Origin: a virus
Direction: 5' to 3' (one strand)
DNA: 64,000 nucleotides
Virus record (IMG/VR): IMGVR_UViG_3300045988_131275
Location: 64,001 to 128,000 of that record
A program made the position numbers and the translations under genes. Under the pieces are notes generated by a model, which searched no databases, had not been told where the DNA came from, and saw only the letters and a program-made list of their open reading frames with translations. Shown piece by piece: positions 40,202 to 51,477 of this stretch (the first letter of the stretch is position 1; each line of letters starts with the position of its first letter).

Positions 40202-40588
40202 TTACTTTTTAAATCCAGAGCTATACTCAAAAGCATCATCATTGAATACAATACCTTCTTTATCACTCATACCACAAAATTCCATTTCATATTTTCTGAT
40301 ATAATTATCCATAGATTTTTGGTGCATTTCACCGAAAAAGGGATATGGGAATGTACTCACTTCATGATTTTTGACTTTATCATAATCAATTCCTTTTGAC
40401 ACACTGATATGTTTATCAAATGCTTCTTGATTAATTCTCGTCCAATCTATAATCGAGTTCATGTTAAATGTATAAGCTGTTTCAGATCCTCTCGTATACG
40501 AAACATAATCAATTACCAAATCAGTCCAGGGATATTTCTTACTTCTGAATATCATTCCTGTCTTATATTTCTCTTTATACTTTTTCAT
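40202..40588 (-). CDS. Hypothetical protein
   Basis: ORF in array. Confidence 0.55.
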   Translation of the reverse strand: MKKYKEKYKTGMIFRSKKYPWTDLVIDYVSYTRGSETAYTFNMNSIIDWTRINQEAFDKHISVSKGIDYDKVKNHEVSTFPYPFFGEMHQKSMDNYIRKYEMEFCGMSDKEGIVFNDDAFEYSSGFKK

Positions 40589-41241
40589 TTACCCCTCTCA
40601 TATTTCATTCTTCTCTCTACTTCTTTATCATTTTCTTCATCATTGAAGTATTTATAAGCTAACATCATAGGATAATTAGAATCTTTAGCTCTTGGATATA
40701 ACATATATTCACACCAATTAACTCCTCCATCGTCCCTAATCCAGCTTGTATCTTCAAATAAATTGCAGAAAACATTCTGATATGAATGCTTTTTATTTTG
40801 TACGAAATGATCTTTGATAATCGTAGATTTATCATACCCACTAATTTGTACAAGAACATTCTTAACCATGACTCTTTTACCTAATCTTACAAGCCATTTA
40901 ATAAATTCTCTGTATGTTTCATCAAACACCATATCTCTTAATGCAGCATCTACGACTAAGATATATTCATCTTTCACACGCAACATTCCTCTACTTCTTG
41001 TTCTGTTTCCATGCCAATCAACAAGATTATTTGTTCTTTCTCCAAATTCATCACATGAACTTGAACCATTATATCCATTCTTTTGAATGACATATACATC
41101 CATATCTTTTTCTGAGCCAGAAACTATCGGCAAATGTGCTAATACAGTATCAAGAATGTATCTTTTTTCAACTTGTGTGCGTCCTATAGGAGATACTGTT
41201 ATTGTTCCCGTTATGTAAGTCCAACTACTCAATATAATCAC
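40585..41241 (-). CDS. Hypothetical protein
   Basis: ORF in array. Confidence 0.6.
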   Translation of the reverse strand: MIILSSWTYITGTITVSPIGRTQVEKRYILDTVLAHLPIVSGSEKDMDVYVIQKNGYNGSSSCDEFGERTNNLVDWHGNRTRSRGMLRVKDEYILVVDAALRDMVFDETYREFIKWLVRLGKRVMVKNVLVQISGYDKSTIIKDHFVQNKKHSYQNVFCNLFEDTSWIRDDGGVNWCEYMLYPRAKDSNYPMMLAYKYFNDEENDKEVERRMKYERGK

Positions 41242-41457
41242 TCACTTTCATTATCATCCTCTGGTTCATTGAAGTAAATTCTGTCAATAATTTCATAAAC
41301 TTCATCAACATCGAATGTTTCTACTTCTGGAAAATATTTTCCATTACAAGTTCCACCGTGGTAACGACTTGCATTATTATTTAACCTGTGTATTAATTCA
41401 CTTCTAAATTCAAGTGTTGTCACTTCATCACACCTCCTGAAAGCAAGATTTCATGTA

Positions 41458-41844
41458 CTAATTTTCAATTATAATATCATCTATAACATCCAACATTTTC
41501 CTTACTGTATAAAAATCTCCACTAAAAGCCGCTCCCGTTGTCTTTAATTCATATTTCCATTTAGTTTTGTCTTTTGTACATATAACTGGTGTATTCATAT
41601 ACATAACTGTTCCTTTTGGAATAATAACTGGACAATATTTATTCTTATAATCTTCTTTTAAAACTTTTAACCGTTTTTGACAAAACTTATTGTATAATTT
41701 ATATTTCATATCACTTTGATATACATAAATCTTTTCAGGTGTATTATCCGAATAATCAATTGGCTTAAACTTATTTACAATAAATAAAACTCCATCTGTA
41801 ATTCTATAGATGTCCTGATAATCTGTTTGTGCTACAATCTCCAT
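41458..41844 (-). CDS. Hypothetical protein
   Basis: ORF in array. Confidence 0.55.
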   Translation of the reverse strand: MEIVAQTDYQDIYRITDGVLFIVNKFKPIDYSDNTPEKIYVYQSDMKYKLYNKFCQKRLKVLKEDYKNKYCPVIIPKGTVMYMNTPVICTKDKTKWKYELKTTGAAFSGDFYTVRKMLDVIDDIIIEN

Positions 41845-42049
41845 ATTTTCACCTCTTGCATTTACATTCTTTGATTAAGCAATTTCTGTGTACTCTCAAT
41901 TCTTTCAAGCAATTCATCGTTATATTCATCAGTGATACAGCCTTTTATTAATATTCCTTTAGCATATCCTAATTCTTTCATAATTGTAATCTGATTTTCT
42001 AAAATTTGTCTAAATGCTTGGTTCATAAAATAGTCCTTCCTATATATTT

Positions 42050-42057
42050 AATATTGA
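42050..42057. repeat. 8-bp target-site duplication (left) AATATTGA
   Basis: Identical to 44306-44313, flanks the IS element. Confidence 0.9.
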
Positions 42058-42368
42058 GTTACTGTTCAGAGGTATGCATAAGTCATTGTAAAAAATGACG
42101 AAATTTATTTTTTTATTTTGTGGATAACCATTCGCGGCAGGAAAAACTGTGTTTATAGTTTTTCCTGCTGTTCTTTTTGTTAAAAGTTATACACCAGATT
42201 CTAGTTTTGGGAACCCATTCTTGAAGTTTCAAGGTCTGCATGAATACTTTTTTTATTATAAAACAGCTATTTATCCACAGTCAGATTGACGAAAAGGCAC
42301 TTTCTGGTGATTCGCTTTTTTTCTATGTTTCTGTTATACTTTTTCTTAAGAAAGAGAGGTTCACTTAT

Positions 42369-42531
42369 GAATATTGATTTTAAAGAAGAACTTAGAAAAC
42401 GTGATGAACTTCTTGCCGGTTATCTCAAACAGATTGAAATCCAGGAGGAATTTATCCAGAAACAAAAAGAATTGATTGAATATCTGGAAGAGCATATCTC
42501 AAAGATTACAGACATTGTCAGTGGCGTTTGA
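42369..42531 (+). CDS. Small ORF upstream of and overlapping the IS66 transposase (MNIDFKEELRKRDELLAGYL...)
   Basis: ATG preceded by AGAGAGG; within the 42286-42531 ORF. Confidence 0.5.
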
Positions 42532-44230
42532 TTATAACTGTACTGGAGGAAAACATATGCCTGATGCGTATGATTACATCTCACTCATGTGTCGGCTGAA
42601 AGCCGCACAGACAAGAAATAAAGAACTGGAATCCGGTGAACACTATATTAAGCTGAAAGAACTCCATCAAAAGGAGTGCAGAGCCTATGAACGTAAGATT
42701 CAGGCGCTGCTAACGGAGATAGCGGATGCACATAAAGAAACCATCCGTGTCCGCAATTACTGGTTTCAGGTACTGGAGGATATGCTGCTGGAGTTTGAGG
42801 CAATGCAGAAAAAAGCTGACCAGAAGCTTCGGGAGATGGAGAAACGTGCTCTTCTTGCTGAGAGACAAAGAGATGATGCATTGGAGAAAGCAAAAGAATT
42901 CCGCCTTAAGTTCTATGAAACCGCCACCCAGCTGGAAGAAGAACAGGGAAAGAACCTGAAACTTCATGCACAGATCAACCGTGATTATGAAAATTCATCT
43001 ATTCCTTCTTCAAAAGCCATCCGGCGGAAAAAGATTGCAAACAGCAGGGAAAAAACAGGACGGAAACCCGGTGGACAGCCAGGACATAAAGGGCATGGCC
43101 GAAAAAAGCAGGAGCCTACACATCCGGTAATCCTCCTTCCGCCACCAGAAGAAGTGCTTGAAGACTGTGCTTTTAAAAAGACAGCAAGAACAATCATAAA
43201 ACAACTGGTAAGTATCCGTGTGGTCCTGGATGTAACAGAATACCATGCAGATGTTTATTATAACAGCCAGACCGGCGAACGTGCACACGCTGCATTTCCG
43301 GATGGTGTTATTGATGATGTGAATTATGATGGCAACATCCGGGCATTTTTGTTCCTTCTGAACAATGACTGCTGTACCTCTATTGATAAAAGCAGGAAGT
43401 TCCTGTCTGATCTGACGGATGGAAAACTGAATATTTCCAAAGGCATGATAAGTAAACTCAGCAGGGAGTTTGCTTTAAAAACAGAGCCCGAGCGCAAGGC
43501 AGCCTATGCGGACATGCTGCTTTCCCCTGTTATGCATACAGATTGTACAAGCGGCAGGGAAAACGGAAAAAGCTGTCAGATCTATGTCTGTGCCACACCA
43601 GACGGAAAAGCATTGTACTTCGCTCGTGAGAAAAAAGGACACGAGGGAGTAAAAGGGACTGTTACAGAGGATTATCAGGGGATCCTTGTCCATGACCATG
43701 ATATTACCTTTTATAATTATGGAGCAGATCACCAGGAATGCCTTGCCCATGTGCTGCGTTACCTGAAAGACAGCATGGATAATGAACCAGACCGCACCTG
43801 GAACAAAGAGATGCGTTCACTGGTACAGGAGATGATCCATTTCCGAAACGAATGCCAGCCATTTCAGGAACCGGATCCGGTAAAGGTATCTGAATTCGAA
43901 AAAAGATACCGTGAGATACTGGAAATAGCCAGGGCGGAATACGGAAATGTTCCGGCAAACAATTATTACAGAGACGGGTATAATTTATTCCTGAGAATGG
44001 AGAAATATATGCAGAACCATTTGCTGTTCCTGCATGATTCCCGAATACCTGCCACTAATAATGAAGCCGAAAGGCTTCTAAGAAACTATAAGCGGAAACA
44101 GGCGCAGGCTGTGACATTTAGGAGTTTCGAAAGTATCGATTATCTCTGCCAATGCATGAGCATGCTTGTTTTGGTGCGGCTAGAAGAACCAGCGAATATA
44201 TTTGACAGAGTATCCAGAATATTTGGATAA
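42476..44230 (+). CDS. tnpC: IS66-family transposase
   Basis: SIPSSKAIRRKK..REKTGRKPGGQPGHKGHGRKKQEP, HTDCTSGRENGKSCQIYVCATPDGKALYF, NNEAERLLRNYKRKQAQAVTFRS. Confidence 0.95.
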   Translation: MNIWKSISQRLQTLSVAFDYNCTGGKHMPDAYDYISLMCRLKAAQTRNKELESGEHYIKLKELHQKECRAYERKIQALLTEIADAHKETIRVRNYWFQVLEDMLLEFEAMQKKADQKLREMEKRALLAERQRDDALEKAKEFRLKFYETATQLEEEQGKNLKLHAQINRDYENSSIPSSKAIRRKKIANSREKTGRKPGGQPGHKGHGRKKQEPTHPVILLPPPEEVLEDCAFKKTARTIIKQLVSIRVVLDVTEYHADVYYNSQTGERAHAAFPDGVIDDVNYDGNIRAFLFLLNNDCCTSIDKSRKFLSDLTDGKLNISKGMISKLSREFALKTEPERKAAYADMLLSPVMHTDCTSGRENGKSCQIYVCATPDGKALYFAREKKGHEGVKGTVTEDYQGILVHDHDITFYNYGADHQECLAHVLRYLKDSMDNEPDRTWNKEMRSLVQEMIHFRNECQPFQEPDPVKVSEFEKRYREILEIARAEYGNVPANNYYRDGYNLFLRMEKYMQNHLLFLHDSRIPATNNEAERLLRNYKRKQAQAVTFRSFESIDYLCQCMSMLVLVRLEEPANIFDRVSRIFG

Positions 44231-44305
44231 GAAAACCGATGGCTTTGACTGTTATTAGTCTACACCATCGGTTTTCTCATGTCCAGCTAACCTCTGAACA
44301 GTAAC

Positions 44306-44313
44306 AATATTGA
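44306..44313. repeat. 8-bp target-site duplication (right) AATATTGA
   Basis: Identical to 42050-42057. Confidence 0.9.
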
Positions 44314-44759
44314 TTTTTAATTATTATCTTGAAAACATCGACTTGAACAAGTCATAGAAACATGATATGATGTTTTACATAGATCACTGGTCTTGATCTA
44401 TTCCAATAACTCTACTGATTGTCCACAACGTCAGTGGAGTTTTCTTTATGTACTGTGAAGCTGTTTATATATTCTCTAAACTCCTCAAAATCTTCTTTAG
44501 AAAATATTGCCTCTGCATAAACATAATCCCTATTGAAGATAATTGCTAAAATTTTATGTAACTTTCTTATAAAATTACGCACAAATGTATCATCCTGGTC
44601 ACGGAAAAAATTACCATTTGTATATGTCATGTACATGTAATCATCAAAATCTTTATCAATCTTGAAATGAATTCCATCATCACATCCGCAACGACAACTT
44701 AAAATTAATTCTCTACCATCTTCTGTCTTTAAAACCGACACTTATGTATCCTCCCATTT

Positions 44760-45020
44760 TTAATAATCTCCCAAATATCCTGCGATAACTTCTATCGTCC
44801 ATAACAATACATACCACACAACAGGTGCTAAAAAACATTTTAAGAGTGAAATTGCCAATAATTTGACCGAAAATACCCCTGCTGCAATGGAAAATAACAG
44901 ATGAAAGACGGGTTTCATGAACAAAAATCCCCACGAAATTATCACATTTGCTATCATTCCACCAATAAAAACAATCCAGCCTAACTTTCTACGAAATTTA
45001 TGTATCTTTTCTTTGCTCAT
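44760..45020 (-). CDS. Small membrane protein
   Basis: Hydrophobic helices. Confidence 0.55.
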   Translation of the reverse strand: MSKEKIHKFRRKLGWIVFIGGMIANVIISWGFLFMKPVFHLLFSIAAGVFSVKLLAISLLKCFLAPVVWYVLLWTIEVIAGYLGDY

Positions 45021-45613
45021 TTCTCTCCGATCAACTCTTTGTATACTTTTAATTTCTCCGCTAACTCAGGATTATTACTTGCGTACATCTCATAATCCAT
45101 TGCTAAAATCATTTTATCCATCTGTCTCTTAATCTTATCAGCTTCTTTCTTACGTTCTGCTTTCTCTTTGCGTTCTTCGATACGTTTATCATATGCAGAT
45201 GTATCAACATCAACTTTACAGATAACTTCGGCGGTGATATTTACATTACATTCATCTGGCGCAATAATGTCATTAATCGTAAGGATGTCTTTATTTGCAC
45301 CACTAACTAAAATTTTATCGCCTACATTATAAGTTTCTCCATCATCATAAATTGCATAATAATATTTCTTTTTGTAATAACCCTCTTTTGTTACTGCAAC
45401 TGCTTTATATCCTTCTAATTTTGCCATGTTATCATCCTCACTTTCGATTACTACCACATCTTTTTTATCTACAACAAGAATTGTACCATTATCAAATTCA
45501 ATTTTTACAGCATTTAGATATTCTTTACTAATGTCTTCAATAACTATACCTTCTTTGCCATACATCTTATAAACATAACCTAAATATTTAACCCTAATCC
45601 CTACACAGCTCAA
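45017..45613 (-). CDS. Hypothetical protein
   Basis: ORF in array. Confidence 0.6.
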   Translation of the reverse strand: MSCVGIRVKYLGYVYKMYGKEGIVIEDISKEYLNAVKIEFDNGTILVVDKKDVVVIESEDDNMAKLEGYKAVAVTKEGYYKKKYYYAIYDDGETYNVGDKILVSGANKDILTINDIIAPDECNVNITAEVICKVDVDTSAYDKRIEERKEKAERKKEADKIKRQMDKMILAMDYEMYASNNPELAEKLKVYKELIGEK

Positions 45614-45943
45614 TCATTTACACCTTATTTCAATTGCAATAATAATTTTACATGAGTATTGTCGTGAATATCGACATCGAAATCTTGTTTGATTCTATTA
45701 GATGTGAATGGTAAGATGTAATCTTCAAAATATATAATCTCGTATTTATATGTAGGGATTTTACTAAGTAATTGCTCAAGTGTAATTGGAAAATAATTTT
45801 CTCTCACTTCTCTATCCCAATTTTCTATATATCTATATTTCATAAGATAATGAATCAAATTCCTGTTATCTCGTAAACTTCCCCATATTGATTCATAATC
45901 AATGATCTGCTTCTCATCTGCATTTTGAATCACTTTGGTATAA

Positions 45944-46408
45944 TCAATCATTAATATCACTATTTCTATTTACTGATCTACTTACACAAAAATCTCTGAT
46001 AGCTATGTATCCATAATCATATCCAAAAACATTATTCCAAAACTTATCAATTCCGTTAATATTTGAATAAGAATATACTTCATGAATCACGCTTGATAAA
46101 TTTAATAATGTTTTATTTGGGTTATTTTCTTTCAAAGATTCTTTTAAATTACTTACATATTGAATGTTTTCTAGTTCATGAGGTGTCCTTGTTCCCGCAA
46201 GAGAAATCATAGCCTTGCTATTATCATATCCTATGTAGTGTAAATCTGGCATTTCACTATTCATTTCTCTAATTAACGTACCATCAGCACATCCAAAATC
46301 AACCACTGTATCAATCTCTTCTATTTTACTCATCCAAAATAGCTTATCTGCACTTGATTTCTTCATTCCTGATATATATGAATCATAATTCTTAATGATT
46401 TCTTCCAC
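45944..46408 (-). CDS. Class I SAM-dependent methyltransferase-like, short
   Basis: IDTVVDFGCADGTLIREM...LHYIGYDNSKAMISLA. Confidence 0.65.
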   Translation of the reverse strand: MEEIIKNYDSYISGMKKSSADKLFWMSKIEEIDTVVDFGCADGTLIREMNSEMPDLHYIGYDNSKAMISLAGTRTPHELENIQYVSNLKESLKENNPNKTLLNLSSVIHEVYSYSNINGIDKFWNNVFGYDYGYIAIRDFCVSRSVNRNSDIND

Positions 46409-46797
46409 TATTTACACCTCTTTTCTTCTGCTAATTTAAGCCATCTAAGAAGTTTTTCTTCCTCTCGCAACATTTCAGAATACATTTTGATAATCTGATC
46501 CTGCTCTTTATAAAACTGCCTTACATACCGTGGAAAATCATACCCAAATAGCCACATAATAATCTTTCTCTTAATCCACTTCACTCTTATATTCCTCATC
46601 AAATGCATAATCGCTACACGTCCAGGGTTCCCCATTATATGTAAAAGTATACATCCCAGTAAATCTTAGATGTGATTTTACGTCAACTACTGCACCTTGA
46701 ACTTGTTTTGCTACACCTATTCTATCGCCTTGTTTGATATGTTTAATCATTCCAGTTCAATATCCTTTCCATCAAAATCGGATAACTCAATAACCCA

Positions 46798-47112
46798 TTA
46801 TCCATTATAATTTTCTCCATAGATTGCAATTTCTGGTTTGCCATTTTCATCTAATACATAATATGGTGCGATTCCACTAAAATTTTTTAAGCCTTGCAAT
46901 ACATATACAATTTTGGTGGTTTTATCATATACAAAATATTGAATAAATTTAAAACCATTACTTGATACAATGTTCTTTTTATTAATTTCTATAAATTGTC
47001 CATAAGAACTAACCTTTTCTCCGTTGTCATTTATCACTTCGTCACCACATCCTGTAAATGAAAATGCTAATCCAGATACAAGTAATCCAATCAATAATCT
47101 TTTAACTCTCAT
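46798..47112 (-). CDS. Putative lipoprotein
   Basis: Signal peptide with lipobox-like FSFTGC. Confidence 0.6.
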   Translation of the reverse strand: MRVKRLLIGLLVSGLAFSFTGCGDEVINDNGEKVSSYGQFIEINKKNIVSSNGFKFIQYFVYDKTTKIVYVLQGLKNFSGIAPYYVLDENGKPEIAIYGENYNG

Positions 47113-48040
47113 TTAGTTACCATCCTTCTTCTCACTTCTCTTAACAGATCATCTGTGCTAATCTGTTCAATTATTTCTTCTGGCATTGAGACTTCAACCT
47201 TATATGTAACTTCTCCATTATTATCAGCAAATATTTCAATCATATATGCTTTTCTTTCTGATGGTACTGGTTCAATAGTCAATGTACCATTCTTTTCACA
47301 ATGTAGTTTCAATATTGTTTCATATCTGTCGTTTCTAACTATTATATTCATGTATTCTCCCTTGTTTTTAATAATTCATGTTTCTCGTGAATGTCATTTA
47401 AAAATTCATTAAATATTAAATCAACTGCGCATCCAAAACCTTCACAAAAATCATTATTAATTTCTTCTGTAAAATATTCATCATATTCATTTTTCAACAT
47501 GTATTCTTTAATGAGTCTCTTTGATTGTTTTGGTTTGCCATAAACATATTTCGGTATGTGATTCATAATATTTAAAATGTAATTATGAATGTAATCTAAT
47601 TTATAAAATTCATTTTCAAATTCCTGACTTATTGCATCTCGCTTCCTTTCTTTGAAATTCAAGTTTCATCTACTAATCATCTATTTCTATCTCAAATATA
47701 TTGTCTTTATCTAGCTCATTATCATCCATCCAGGACACCGTAACTCCTTGATTTATAAGGTTATCAAATATCTCTTGTAAACAAAATCTTGGATTTAGTT
47801 GAATTTCTTTAATTTTCACATAATTCTCTTGATTTTTACTCATACTCACCCCTATGAAACAAGTCTTTCATCTATATTTTTTATATTTATCATACCGACT
47901 CTCTTTCATTTCTTCTCCTTAAAAACCCAATTGTAAATAACATTCATTAAATATATTACAGGTAACATAATTAACATAATATTATAAATCAATTCTATCA
48001 TTCTTAATTACCCCTAAAACTCACATTTCATTACAAATCA

Positions 48041-48340
48041 TCAAACAGTAATTCCATCCACTAAATCATTCCATGATTCTTTAAAAAATCCCATATTTTG
48101 AATTACTATTTCTTGAGCTAATTTTTGTTTATTATGTTGAATATTCCCTTCTATCACAGATCCATCAATCAAACTACAAACTACCTCTTTATCTTGATAC
48201 TGAATATGTACATGAGGTGTATTATGACCATTTTCTTTCGGGTGAATAATTATCCTGATTCCAAATTTTGAATAAAGTAAATTAAAATATTTATCATCTT
48301 CAAATACATAAATAAAGAACTTTAACCAATAGTAATCCAT
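48041..48340 (-). CDS. DUF4160-like protein
   Basis: GIRIIIHPKENGHNTPHVHIQYQDKEV; probably starts at an internal Met. Confidence 0.55.
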   Translation of the reverse strand: MDYYWLKFFIYVFEDDKYFNLLYSKFGIRIIIHPKENGHNTPHVHIQYQDKEVVCSLIDGSVIEGNIQHNKQKLAQEIVIQNMGFFKESWNDLVDGITV

Positions 48341-48547
48341 AATCTCTCCTTTATATTGAATATTAAAATTACTATGAAACCACGCTTTTATCCTGTCTCC
48401 TCGAATATATTTCCAATCTGATGTCCAATCATCTTTCTATCCTTTATCTTCTTACATTTCGTGCATCGACATTTACCAATTACAACTTCTAACCCGCTAT
48501 AATCATACTTTAAATGTCGTGGCTTTTCGATTAATACCCAGTTGTGA

Positions 48548-49174
48548 TTACACATAAGCATTTTTACCTTTATCATATTTTAATATTTCTCCATCACGAA
48601 TTATTTTATGTGAACAAACTTTTCTCACAATCATATCCGTATCAATTTTGTCTTTCGTTTCTATTTGTGTTACAATCACAGGAACTTTTCCAAATCTTGT
48701 TTTACAATAAATTTTATCTCCTGGTTGCAATTCATCTATCATGGCTATCCATGTTTGAGGTATTCTCCACATATATGTTTTATGATTAAATCCCTTATGA
48801 TGAATGCCATATACATATGTGGTAGGCTTTCTTTTGTATGTATCGTTTTTATCTGTTGGAACTAATTTACCGTAATGTTTTCTCTGTCTATCGGTATATT
48901 TACGTCCATTCAATGTAACTATTCGTGTATCTCCGTATTCAGCTCCATTATTTTTGAGCACAAGATACATAATATAACCATCAATAAGATAATTATTTTC
49001 ATTTACAATCAAGTATCTATCCTGTTTATGATTCTCTTTATAATATCTTTCACATTTATTATATTTATATGTATTTGGAATACTACTTTCAAAATCCGCA
49101 GGAATTTTAATTTCCGAAAGCTTCATATATACATTCTCCCTTCTTTTATGCAACTGCTCCTTTATTAAATGCAA
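48548..49174 (-). CDS. ParB/Srx-like or DNA-binding hypothetical protein
   Basis: DRYLIVNENNYLIDGYIMYLVLKNNG pattern; weak. Confidence 0.35.
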   Translation of the reverse strand: MHLIKEQLHKRRENVYMKLSEIKIPADFESSIPNTYKYNKCERYYKENHKQDRYLIVNENNYLIDGYIMYLVLKNNGAEYGDTRIVTLNGRKYTDRQRKHYGKLVPTDKNDTYKRKPTTYVYGIHHKGFNHKTYMWRIPQTWIAMIDELQPGDKIYCKTRFGKVPVIVTQIETKDKIDTDMIVRKVCSHKIIRDGEILKYDKGKNAYV

Positions 49175-51443
49175 TCAAGTCATTTCTCATATTGAGATAG
49201 TTCTTTTTCTGATCAACATCATATGTATTATTTCTATTGAAATAATCCTTAAACCAATCGTCACAATCTACATCGTTCTGATAGGCATATGCAATAACTC
49301 CAATGATAGAATCATGGTTAGCGGCATCGAGAAGTTTTGATGAATTGTCAACGTCTAAAGTAATCGTATCTAAATATTCTTCATAGTCCTGCATATCAAG
49401 TTCTGAAACTGCCTCATCAACACAATCCTGTACAAACTTTAATGCAGATTTCATATCAGTATGAATTGTATTATCAATTACTTCTCCGCTCACATGTTCA
49501 ATTTCCTTATTTCCGATTGCTGAATACTCCGTTACTTCTGCAATAACAGGATTTTCAGAGGATTCCTCAACGGATTCTGTGTCAAATAAATCTTCGTCAA
49601 TCACTTCTGCTCCCGATTCTTCGGTTGACTCTTCAACAGAATCTTCGATATGTAAGTATTCTTTCATCAGAGTAAGCAAATGATTGAATCTTTTTGTTAC
49701 GGAAGAACGATCCTTTGTTCCTTTCTGCCCATTTAAGCAATCGTATGTAATACCATCAATTTCTTTATTATGTAATGTTTCTTTAAATTCCTGAATAAAT
49801 TCATTAAATTTATCATCTTCAATGTCATATTCTAAGAATTTATCAAATAAAGCAAACCATAAAAATGAATTTTTGTTATTAAAAATATCTGATGTATCAC
49901 CTCTTAACACATTAGATAACTTCTCCAATGTCAAATAAAAATCAATAAATACTGATTCATTTGCATTTTCAGTTAAGTAAGCACACATTTTACCAAAGTC
50001 TTTATCAAAATGGCTAAGATATTTAGATGTCATTATTGCTTCAATAATAATTCTTCTAAGTGATCCATTCTTAATATTCGTATTTGAATAACTTGACTTA
50101 TCACAATCAACCTTAAAGAAGTCCATCTTTAAAATCTTATCTACATATTCAGCATAGGATTCTTCTAATCCTAGCCATCCTGACTGAGAAACGTTCATTG
50201 GTCTACATCTATTGAATCGTGCAATATCATAAGCAATATCTTTCTTTGTACAATTCAAATTGAGCATTACAGGAACTTGATAATCTCTAAATTTGTCCTG
50301 TAATTCTTCTGGCAACTGAGAAAATTTCTTTCCACGAATATCAAATACTTTGCTTTTTGGTATTGGAAACCCATCTTCATTCAAAATTACATTACCATCT
50401 TCATCTGTTTTGTCACTCTGATATTCAATCATATATCTTTGTACATTCTTTGAAATAGCAAATCCATCTTCAAGATAATCTTTTAAATTTGTAGAACGCT
50501 GTTTACCATCAATTAACCAGTGCATTATAATTCCAGCTTTGATTTCTTCTGAAATTACAATCTGTAAAAGTGAATTACCTTGTAAAATATCAGAAATTAA
50601 TTCACTTTTTGTAAGTAAACTCCATTGTCCAGAAGTTCTTTGTAATGGATGATTATCTCTTAATCTGTGCTGTCTCAACTGTTTACTAAGAGATTCTATT
50701 GAATAACTGGTAGACTTCGTTCTTTCTGATGTTGTTGTTTTTGTTTCCATTGGTAATTCCTCCTCAATATTTGCATTCTCACATTCTTCTGCCTTTAGAA
50801 GTTGTCTTTTTTCATATTCTTTCATGTCAGAAAGATATGTATTATATTCTTTGTCTGAAAGCTTTAATATACTTTTAATTTCCGTAGAATTGCATCCTTG
50901 CATTATTAAATCTGCAATTTTGCGTTCTATGCACCCAAGAGAAGCAATGTATTTAACTACATTTTCTCCAAGATTTAATAGCTCTCCTACATCAATACTG
51001 CTTTCTATATCAAAATCAGAAGGAATTATATCAATCATTTTTGTTTGTCCATCATCAGACATGAGATTATCTAATGATGTTGGATAAATATATTCCTTAA
51101 TTTCCTTTCCATCTTCCATTTTTGTTACAATTTTGCAACGCTTTTGTCTGTTTTTTCTTGTAATATACATCTTAACTTTTCTGGAAATTGCAAAATATAT
51201 AAATCCATTGAATTTATCTTCATCAAAATCTTCAATTCCTTTATCTAATTGACTTTTGATGTATTTTGTAATTTCTAAATTTGCTATAGAATAACATTCA
51301 TTCCTGTCAATATCGGTGATACCACCAAACTGTTTTAGAATTTTATCTACAACATTATGTAATTTCTTTGCTGATTCTTCTGGTTTATTCTCATTCACTT
51401 TGTAATAAGATTCCAAAATTTGTGTGTAGTGCATTTGTATCAC
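49146..51443 (-). CDS. Large protein with sigma-factor-like N-terminal half and DUF262/ParB-like C-terminal half
   Basis: N-terminus resembles sigma region 2 plus HTH (IERKIADLIMQGCNSTEIKSILKLSDKEYNTYLSDM); centre has HWLIDGKQRSTNLKDYLED typical of DUF262-type proteins. Confidence 0.6.
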   Translation of the reverse strand: MIQMHYTQILESYYKVNENKPEESAKKLHNVVDKILKQFGGITDIDRNECYSIANLEITKYIKSQLDKGIEDFDEDKFNGFIYFAISRKVKMYITRKNRQKRCKIVTKMEDGKEIKEYIYPTSLDNLMSDDGQTKMIDIIPSDFDIESSIDVGELLNLGENVVKYIASLGCIERKIADLIMQGCNSTEIKSILKLSDKEYNTYLSDMKEYEKRQLLKAEECENANIEEELPMETKTTTSERTKSTSYSIESLSKQLRQHRLRDNHPLQRTSGQWSLLTKSELISDILQGNSLLQIVISEEIKAGIIMHWLIDGKQRSTNLKDYLEDGFAISKNVQRYMIEYQSDKTDEDGNVILNEDGFPIPKSKVFDIRGKKFSQLPEELQDKFRDYQVPVMLNLNCTKKDIAYDIARFNRCRPMNVSQSGWLGLEESYAEYVDKILKMDFFKVDCDKSSYSNTNIKNGSLRRIIIEAIMTSKYLSHFDKDFGKMCAYLTENANESVFIDFYLTLEKLSNVLRGDTSDIFNNKNSFLWFALFDKFLEYDIEDDKFNEFIQEFKETLHNKEIDGITYDCLNGQKGTKDRSSVTKRFNHLLTLMKEYLHIEDSVEESTEESGAEVIDEDLFDTESVEESSENPVIAEVTEYSAIGNKEIEHVSGEVIDNTIHTDMKSALKFVQDCVDEAVSELDMQDYEEYLDTITLDVDNSSKLLDAANHDSIIGVIAYAYQNDVDCDDWFKDYFNRNNTYDVDQKKNYLNMRNDLIAFNKGAVA

Positions 51444-51477
51444 CGATTCCTTTCTGTCAATAGTTACTATGTAATAT

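Larger units (their letters stand above)
42058..44305 (+). mobile_element. IS66-family insertion sequence, single large transposase
   Basis: 16-bp terminal inverted repeats GTTACTGTTCAGAGGT (42058-42073) and ACCTCTGAACAGTAAC (44290-44305); 8-bp TSD; IS66-type transposase inside; plus strand, unlike neighbours. Confidence 0.93.

Noticed and set aside
42648-43958. Minus-strand ORFs inside the IS66 transposase
   Set aside because: Antisense to a clearly coding gene, with no recognisable domains.
45944-46408. Possible CmoB or second member of the Cx-SAM pathway
   Set aside because: Only a short class I MTase fragment with no CmoB-specific features, and it lies about 30 kb from the cassette.
50824-51087. 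Plus-strand ORF opposite the sigma/DUF262-like gene
   Set aside because: Antisense to a long coding ORF, no motif.
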